4,909 nucleotides of DNA from a virus (lineage: Duplodnaviria; Heunggongvirae; Uroviricota; Caudoviricetes): the IMG/VR virus record IMGVR_UViG_2681813274_000011; one strand, written 5' to 3'. Below the pieces are notes generated by a model. It searched no databases. It worked only from the letters and a program-made list of their open reading frames with translations, and was not told where the DNA came from. The position numbers and the translations under genes were made by a program. This document shows positions 1 to 4,909 of the stretch, piece by piece. The stretch's first letter is position 1. The number at the start of each line of letters is the position of its first letter.

Positions 1-494
1 ATTAGAACCTGTATTTTTTGCAACTGTTTCAGATATTTCAGCCAACTGCCATCAACACGTCCCTGAGCCAACTGTTCCAGTAATCGCCCGGTTCTACAGT
101 ACCGGACGCTGTATTTCTGTCGACATGCCTGTTCGCCCAGCGCATTGGCTATCCAGCTCTTACCGCATCCTGTCGGACCGGTTATCAGTAGGTTTTTCCT
201 GTGGATTATGTAGTGGCCGTTCAGCAGTTCCCTCATCTGTTCAGCCCGCAGACCTCTTGAGGCCGGATAACGCAGCCCTTCCGGTGTTGCCTGATATTTC
301 AGGCAGGCATTTTTTCTCAACCGTGCCACACGACTGTTTTCTCTGCTCAGAAGCTCGTCATCAACCAGCAGTGTCAGCCTTTCCTCGAACGACAGTTCGT
401 CGTAAGTCTGAGGCGTTTCCCGTTGCCGTATCAGGCTCCCGGCCATCGCCGGGAGTTTCAGTTGGGTCAGTTTGTTTAACAGATTATCACTCAT
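1..494 (-). CDS. istB: IS21-family IstB-like ATP-binding transposition helper, 5' part only (about 164 N-terminal codons; C-terminus lies beyond window position 1)
   Basis: Minus-strand frame open from ATG at 494..492 to the window edge with no stop (absent from the ORF track because it is open-ended). Translation begins MSDNLLNKLTQLKLPAMAGSLIRQRE and contains a Walker A P-loop LLITGPTGCGKSW. GAAGGA Shine-Dalgarno-like sequence a few nt upstream. Starts 16 nt after the istA stop, the canonical IS21 istA-istB arrangement. Confidence 0.8.
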   Translation of the reverse strand, partial: MSDNLLNKLTQLKLPAMAGSLIRQRETPQTYDELSFEERLTLLVDDELLSRENSRVARLRKNACLKYQATPEGLRYPASRGLRAEQMRELLNGHYIIHRKNLLITGPTGCGKSWIANALGEQACRQKYSVRYCRTGRLLEQLAQGRVDGSWLKYLKQLQKIQVL

Positions 495-510
495 ACGGTT
501 GTTCCTTCTG

Positions 511-2046
511 TCAGTGATAGTAGCCAGGACCACGCAGGTTTTCATGCTCTGAAGCATATGCCGGATGTTGTTCGCCCTGGCGGGATAACGGAAGCTCAAC
601 GTTATCCCGATGATGACGCAGCAGATTGTCGATAAAGCGTCTGTCCGGGGCGTTATAGTGCAGGGCAACGTAACAGGCCTTTTCCAGCCGTTCCGGGCCG
701 TATTTTTTCTGAAGTGCCAGCAGACCCAGGACTGCACGGTAAGCCAGCTCCGGATGGGGTTTGGCTTTCAGCATGGATTCAACCACCCGGCCTGTGGACG
801 GACCTGTACGGTTTCCCTGCTCGATAAGGCGTTCCGGTGTCCATGTCCCATGCCGCCGGTGGCGTTCTGGCATGTGAAGCGGATTGGTTGTGTGTTTATA
901 TTCATGTGTGCTGCGCGGATGTTGCGCCACACACTGCCCCTTGTGCCAGAGCTGTACCACCGACTGCCCCACCTTCAGTGACAGACGCTGACCGACCAGT
1001 TCGTGTGGAACGGAGTACCAGTGACGGGCATATTCAACGTGGTAGTCAGGGCCAACCTTCACGGCTTTGTATTCCGTGTATTCATAAGGCTCCAGAGGCA
1101 GCGGAGAGAGTGCTGGTGCATCCAGCATGCGGAAGCGTTCTGCGCGGGTTTGATTACCGTATCCCTTCATTGGTCGGTTATTCATGTCCGTCAGCAACTC
1201 CCGAAGGCGTGCATTCAGCGCCCTGAGCGTGTGGAAGGTTTCATTACGGATGCGGGCAAGAAGCCATCGCTCGACGATGAGGACGCCGTTTTCTGCTTTT
1301 GGTTTATCTTTAGGTTTGCGCGGGCGGGCCGGGATAATAACCGTGCCATAGTGCTCAGCCAGCGCCTGATAACTGTCGTTGATGACAGGCTCATAGCGAT
1401 CGGCTTTTTTCACTGCGCTTCTGAGGTTATCGGGGATGAGCAGCTTCGGTACGCCGCCCAGGAAGGTCAGGCAACGGCTGTGGGCATTTAACCATGACAT
1501 CATGTCCTGACCTTCGCACGCTTCAACATAGGTATAGTTGGACGCCCCCATTACAGCCACGAAGATTGCCACGCGGCGTATCTCTCCGGTGTCCGGATTA
1601 ATAACAGGGACCGTAGGACCACAGAAGTCGATAAAGAGCTTTTCGCCAGCACGATGCTCCTGTCGCATGGAGAGGCGTCGCGTTTTTTTCCACTTCCGGT
1701 AGCAACGGCAGAAGTGTGAGTATCCCATCGCTTTGTCACCCGCCTGTGCCTTGTATTCCATCCACAACAGTTGGCGCGTCACGCCAGGTTTTCTCATTTC
1801 CGTATCGAAGTACAGCATGTCAGGCATAACAAGCTCTGACGCAGAGGTGTCTTTGGGCGGGAAAATGAGTTTCTCCAGCGTGTCATGGGATATATCCGCA
1901 GGTAATGGCCATGACAGAGAAGAGGCTTTGAAGCGGGCAAGAACCTCAAAAACGGTTGAGGCGCTGATGTGTAACGTCAGTCCGATACAACGGTTAGTCA
2001 GCTTCTTATCGAACTTGAGCTGAAGGATCTTAAAACAAGTTTCCAT
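511..2046 (-). CDS. istA: IS21-family IstA transposase (HTH + DDE/rve catalytic domain), 511 aa from the preferred start
   Basis: The ORF track gives 511..2100 (529 aa). I prefer the in-frame ATG at 2046..2044 (METCFKILQLKF...) because it is preceded by AGGAG with a 4-nt spacer; the ATGs at 2100 and 2076 lack an obvious SD. DDE-type motifs read from the translation: FIDFCG, LLIPDN, and KPKDKPKAENG (K-x-K-x-E pattern typical of IS21 IstA). TGA stop at 513..511. Confidence 0.85.
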   Translation of the reverse strand: METCFKILQLKFDKKLTNRCIGLTLHISASTVFEVLARFKASSLSWPLPADISHDTLEKLIFPPKDTSASELVMPDMLYFDTEMRKPGVTRQLLWMEYKAQAGDKAMGYSHFCRCYRKWKKTRRLSMRQEHRAGEKLFIDFCGPTVPVINPDTGEIRRVAIFVAVMGASNYTYVEACEGQDMMSWLNAHSRCLTFLGGVPKLLIPDNLRSAVKKADRYEPVINDSYQALAEHYGTVIIPARPRKPKDKPKAENGVLIVERWLLARIRNETFHTLRALNARLRELLTDMNNRPMKGYGNQTRAERFRMLDAPALSPLPLEPYEYTEYKAVKVGPDYHVEYARHWYSVPHELVGQRLSLKVGQSVVQLWHKGQCVAQHPRSTHEYKHTTNPLHMPERHRRHGTWTPERLIEQGNRTGPSTGRVVESMLKAKPHPELAYRAVLGLLALQKKYGPERLEKACYVALHYNAPDRRFIDNLLRHHRDNVELPLSRQGEQHPAYASEHENLRGPGYYH

Positions 2047-2155
2047 AGTGCTCCTGGATTTTCTCTTTTTGGACATTGACGTCTCCACTGGTTTAAACAC
2101 GGCAATGGAGACTGTGGTGAAAAGAGTTAATTCCCGGAGTGACTGGCGAATTCCA

Positions 2156-2292
2156 NNNNNNNNNNNNNNNNNNNNNNNNNNNNNNNNNNNNNNNNNNNNN
2201 NNNNNNNNNNNNNNNNNNNNNNNNNNNNNNNNNNNNNNNNNNNNNNNNNNNNNNNNNNNNNNNNNNNNNNNNNNNNNNNNNNNNNNNNNNNN
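2156..2292. other. Run of 137 undetermined bases (N): assembly gap or masked sequence
   Basis: Directly visible in the sequence. The three track ORFs containing X residues (2048..2305 +, 2093..2329 -, 2139..2393 +) are artefacts of translating across it. Confidence 0.95.
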
Positions 2293-2333
2293 ATGCTACC
2301 AATGAAAGATACTGGAAAGCCAACTGCAAAAAG

Positions 2334-2648
2334 CTAACAACCCGTAATCGAGTTATCAGAACTGTTAATTTTTATGGTATACCGCGCCTCTGAACAGGGG
2401 CGCGTTTCTGGCAACAGCTCGTCCCCTTCACATAACCCGGCAGCAACATCCAGGAAGACCTGTCTGATGCTCCTTCTGGCTGCTGCCTCATAAAACTCCA
2501 GCGCGGCACCTTCAACACGGTCCAGCGAGATGTCCAGGTCAAAAATTTCACCGTCAAAGCGTTTTTTGTCCCGTAACGCTAAAGTTACCGTAACTTTATT
2601 CTCAAAATTGCGGATCCCTTTCACAATCAGTTCATAGTTTTGAGTCAT
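2334..2648 (-). CDS. Small acidic cytoplasmic protein of unknown function, 104 aa; YdfR-like (DUF1327-type) by position and size, not verified by sequence
   Basis: ATG at 2648..2646 lies 4 nt after the holin stop (2655..2653), with GGGGAG upstream, suggesting translational coupling. No hydrophobic segment and many D/E residues. In E. coli K-12 cryptic prophage Qin, a ~103-aa gene (ydfR) sits between holin essQ and endolysin rrrQ (recalled synteny); this gene has the same position and size. TAG stop at 2336..2334. Confidence 0.6.
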   Translation of the reverse strand: MTQNYELIVKGIRNFENKVTVTLALRDKKRFDGEIFDLDISLDRVEGAALEFYEAAARRSIRQVFLDVAAGLCEGDELLPETRPCSEARYTIKINSSDNSITGC

Positions 2649-2652
2649 TGAA

Positions 2653-2868
2653 TTACTCTCCCCGTGCAGCCTTACGACGGTCCTCTCTGATTTTGAAATA
2701 CAGGTTAGTCAGATATGTCAGCAGCCCAAACAGCAGACTCCCCAGCACGCCTATTGCCGCCCACTGAGACGGGGAAACCCTGTCCAGCAACTGCAGGAAC
2801 CAGTAGCCCGTTCCCACCGCTGACGTGGTGTATGACACACCTGTTGTGATTTTTTCCATCTGGTACAT
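2653..2868 (-). CDS. S: Phage class II holin of the S21 pinholin type, 71 aa, with a second in-frame start giving 68 aa
   Basis: The track ORF (97 aa, 2653..2946) is over-extended. The start at ATG 2868..2866 (MYQMEK...) is preceded by GGGAGA, and a second in-frame Met at codon 4 (2859..2857) gives 71/68-aa products, the lengths of the phage 21 antiholin/holin pair. Two transmembrane segments: a weakly hydrophobic Gly/Ser/Thr-rich TMD1 ([24 protein letters not shown]-like) and TMD2 ([23 protein letters not shown]). Highly charged C-terminal tail [13 protein letters not shown]. Confidence 0.8.
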   Translation of the reverse strand: MYQMEKITTGVSYTTSAVGTGYWFLQLLDRVSPSQWAAIGVLGSLLFGLLTYLTNLYFKIREDRRKAARGE

Positions 2869-2903
2869 ACCCCGTCTCCCGTTATCCGGAAGCTGACAAC
2901 AAT

Positions 2904-2933
2904 AAAAAAAGCCACCAGTTAAGTACTGATGGC
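2904..2933 (-). terminator. Rho-independent (intrinsic) terminator between the esterase gene and the holin gene
   Basis: On the minus strand: 8-bp stem (gccaucag / cugguggc, one G-U wobble; plus 2926..2933 and 2911..2918), 7-nt loop, then a run of 7 U (plus-strand A-run 2904..2910). Lies 86 nt downstream of the esterase stop and 35 nt upstream of the holin start. Confidence 0.75.
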
Positions 2934-3018
2934 TCTGATAACTCATGCAGGCATCTCAGACGACCCACTGACACTACCGGTGAGTTTAACGATACCTTCC
3001 ATTTGGCTGGCTCACTTT

Positions 3019-4872
3019 TTATGATGATGCCGGTGCATTTATCTCCAGCACCAGACTTTCTATCTCAACGCCATACGCTGCATTTTTGGTAATATCCGTC
3101 AGCGTCAGCGCATTCAGCCCCAGTGTCAGACTGTCTTTTATGACCTGGAATGCCGGGCCAGCCACTCCATTCAGTTTCGGAGTAACCGTGGCACTGCCGG
3201 CGGTGAACACCAGCTCCAGCGTCAGCCAGTCGTTACTGTAATTCCCGAACTCGCCCAACTTTGTGTTTCCTGCTTTCTTGTGATGCATCAGATTCAGTTT
3301 GCCGTCTGTGGTCTGGGTGAAGAACGACATCAGGAACGGGTTACCAGTCCCGGTCATCGCCACGACGTCAGGTAACGCTACATCGGTATACAGATAAATT
3401 CCCAGACCGAACTGGTTGTTGGTCAGTGCGCCTGACAGTCGAAACTTACAGCTCAGTCTGCCACCCCGTGTCAGCAGGGAGACTGCGTCATCCACCGGGC
3501 GCGTCAGGGACCAGGCTTTATTGCTCTGCTTGGTGATCTTAAATACACCATCTGACAACTGAACTCCGCCATTCTTAATGCTCCAGCCCTGCGCAGCAGC
3601 GTCTCCGGCTGTCGGCAACAGGGAGATTGTGCGTATGGATGCATCTTCAGACGGCCCCGATGGCGTGTCGCCGCCGGGCGAGGGTTTGATTTCCGGTGCC
3701 TTACCACTAATGAAGGCTAAGGTGCGACCGGCTACGTTCAGAATAGCAGTTGCCATACGATCGGGAATAATGCCACGACGCGCCCATGAGCTGAAATGCG
3801 TCGGGCGATTTGATGATACCCAGTTTTTGTTCGTTCGGGATGCCGAACCGTAATAACCAGACCCGGCAATATCAGGATCTTCTGACGGGTTGTTTGTCGG
3901 TGTATTAACTCCGCTACCATCGGTCATAAAGGGAACAAAATAAATCTGCTGGGATTCTTTACCTTTATATGCACCATATACCACTTCATATTGCGTACCG
4001 TGTTCTTGTTTCCACGCGTATGTCGTGTCGCCACAAATCCAGGGGACTGATGCCGGACTTCCACCGTGACACTGCGCCGCCAGCCCGGCAAGGTCAGCAC
4101 GGAACTGCTGTACCATTGCAAGAAATGCTGCTGGCTGCTGGGCGTAACTGGCATTCGTCATATCGAATTCCCCCTGCATCCAGCATATCGCCAGCAAAAC
4201 GTTTTTCGGGTTTTTCTGCAATGCTGCCTTCGTGCGGAAAAGCAGATCCTGATATAACGGCTTACCCACTCCCCAGCGAGCCGAATCCTGACTGGCCCCC
4301 GTGGACTCGCTGAATGTCCCCTCCGTGCCCTGGGTGAATGCCGAACCACCACGACAGCATGGTACCAGCAGGATCCCCGCATTATTAGGGATATACGGAA
4401 GCAGTTTTTTGGCAATATGTAAGCCCTGTCCGACACAGCCGTACTGCCCTTTGCTCAGGTCAGCCCGGGGATGGTTAATCGTACTCATATCCTGAACATC
4501 ATGCAGACAATGGTCAGCAGGAATGATGTCGTTAAATACGCATACTTCACCACCGGGAGTCACTGTGTTACGACGGGCCAGTTGCTTAATGCGCGGATGG
4601 GGCGCATCGTATGAATCCGGAAGCGGAAGACCTTCACCGTAAGCCATGGCATTGGATTGCCCGGCCAGTACGATGACGTAGTACCACTCCGGCTCAGTTG
4701 CACCACTGACGACCACATCACCTTCTGCTGCAATCGCCTGCATCAGGGTATAAGGGGTTATGGCCACCGGACTACCAAACGGCTGCCAGCCCTCCTTCAG
4801 TTTTTGTGTCAGTCGTTTCGCAAGGTCTGACGGCGATGCCGCCCTGACCACGTCATAGTGTTTAAATGCCAT
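3019..4872 (-). CDS. nanS-p: Prophage-encoded sialate O-acetylesterase (NanS-p-like): N-terminal DUF1737-like region, SASA/DUF303 SGNH-type esterase domain, and a ~205-aa C-terminal domain of unknown function
   Basis: 617-aa ORF with ATG at 4872..4870 preceded by GGGAGG (4-nt spacer). SGNH/SASA motifs in the translation: GQSNA (aa 71-75, nucleophile Ser block), WMQGEFD (aa 231-237), THF (aa 358-360, candidate catalytic His). Pro/Ser/Gly-rich linker KPSPGGDTPSGPSEDAS (aa 396-412). Size and position immediately upstream of the holin match the nanS-p genes of lambdoid/Stx-type prophages of E. coli (recalled). Confidence 0.7.
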   Translation of the reverse strand: MAFKHYDVVRAASPSDLAKRLTQKLKEGWQPFGSPVAITPYTLMQAIAAEGDVVVSGATEPEWYYVIVLAGQSNAMAYGEGLPLPDSYDAPHPRIKQLARRNTVTPGGEVCVFNDIIPADHCLHDVQDMSTINHPRADLSKGQYGCVGQGLHIAKKLLPYIPNNAGILLVPCCRGGSAFTQGTEGTFSESTGASQDSARWGVGKPLYQDLLFRTKAALQKNPKNVLLAICWMQGEFDMTNASYAQQPAAFLAMVQQFRADLAGLAAQCHGGSPASVPWICGDTTYAWKQEHGTQYEVVYGAYKGKESQQIYFVPFMTDGSGVNTPTNNPSEDPDIAGSGYYGSASRTNKNWVSSNRPTHFSSWARRGIIPDRMATAILNVAGRTLAFISGKAPEIKPSPGGDTPSGPSEDASIRTISLLPTAGDAAAQGWSIKNGGVQLSDGVFKITKQSNKAWSLTRPVDDAVSLLTRGGRLSCKFRLSGALTNNQFGLGIYLYTDVALPDVVAMTGTGNPFLMSFFTQTTDGKLNLMHHKKAGNTKLGEFGNYSNDWLTLELVFTAGSATVTPKLNGVAGPAFQVIKDSLTLGLNALTLTDITKNAAYGVEIESLVLEINAPASS

Positions 4873-4909
4873 GAATCCTCCCGGCCGGGATAATATTGTG
4901 AGTAAAATA

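Larger units (their letters stand above)
1..2155 (-). mobile_element. IS21-family insertion sequence, partial view: left end and junction hidden in the N-run, right end beyond window position 1
   Basis: Tandem istA-istB on the same strand with a 16-nt spacer. 109 nt of upstream sequence (2047..2155) before the N-run contains short inverted/direct repeat motifs (gtctcca at 2081..2087 vs tggagac at 2107..2113). Neither terminal inverted repeat can be seen, so the boundaries are minimum estimates. Confidence 0.75.

Noticed and set aside
125-517. 130-aa plus-strand ORF
   Set aside because: Entirely antisense to the istB coding region, which has a Walker A motif and a proper RBS; no SD and no recognisable motifs. 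Shadow ORF.
610-2023. Plus-strand ORFs 610..981, 837..1226, 1003..1491 and 1733..2023, and minus-strand ORF 1551..1739
   Set aside because: All lie inside istA, antisense or out of frame; low-complexity, Arg/Cys-rich translations typical of shadow ORFs.
2047-2100. Extended 529-aa istA start at ATG 2100 (or 2076)
   Set aside because: No Shine-Dalgarno upstream of those ATGs, whereas the ATG at 2046 has AGGAG with a 4-nt spacer and starts the HTH region directly. The longer form cannot be excluded without homologue alignment.
2293-2337. Possible endolysin start just past the small ORF
   Set aside because: The 41 nt between the YdfR-like stop and the N-run contain no ATG on the minus strand; the only open frame starts with TTG (MQLAFQYLSLVA) and does not resemble the N-terminus of any endolysin type I know (R21 SAR-type, lambda R, P22 gp19). 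Too little sequence to call.
2048-2393. Three track ORFs containing X residues (2048..2305 +, 2093..2329 -, 2139..2393 +)
   Set aside because: They exist only because translation was carried across the 137-nt N-run; no sequence supports them.
2372-2557. 61-aa minus-strand ORF
   Set aside because: Overlaps the YdfR-like gene in another frame; no RBS; Arg/Trp/Ser-rich shadow ORF.
2869-2903. Promoter for the holin between terminator and start codon
   Set aside because: A TTGTCA hexamer is present but has no acceptable -10 element at 16-18 bp spacing; 35 nt is barely enough room. Read-through from upstream is more likely.
2869-2946. Upstream 26 codons of the 97-aa holin ORF ([26 protein letters not shown])
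   Set aside because: This extension overlaps the intrinsic terminator hairpin, has no RBS, and would not give the S21-type 71/68-aa products; the real start is at 2868.
3504-4495. Eight short ORFs on both strands (3504..3707, 3578..3853, 3738..3920, 3924..4154, 3969..4313, 4066..4257, 4158..4436, 4301..4495)
   Set aside because: All nested within the 617-aa esterase gene, which has conserved SGNH/SASA motifs and a strong RBS; none has its own translation signals.

Overview
All supportable genes are on the minus strand; the window is a junction between an insertion sequence and the late/lysis region of a lambdoid-type prophage. (1) Positions 1..~2155 carry an IS21-family element: istA transposase (511..2046, HTH + DDE) followed 16 nt later by the 5' part of istB (494..1, Walker A P-loop), which runs off the window. 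(2) A 137-nt run of N (2156..2292) hides the IS left end and the insertion junction. (3) Positions 2334..4872 carry prophage late-region cargo in one transcriptional direction: a 617-aa NanS-p-like sialate O-acetylesterase, a strong intrinsic terminator, a 71/68-aa dual-start S21-type pinholin, and a 104-aa acidic protein of unknown function (YdfR-like by position and size). The endolysin and spanin genes expected after the holin are not visible, so the lysis cassette appears truncated or interrupted at the IS. I see no rRNA, tRNA or CRISPR array. I found nothing I can defend as a wholly new system; the best candidates for follow-up are the uncharacterised small lysis-cassette protein, the C-terminal domain of the esterase, and the hidden junction. 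Family assignments rest on motifs read from the translations and recalled knowledge, not on any database search.
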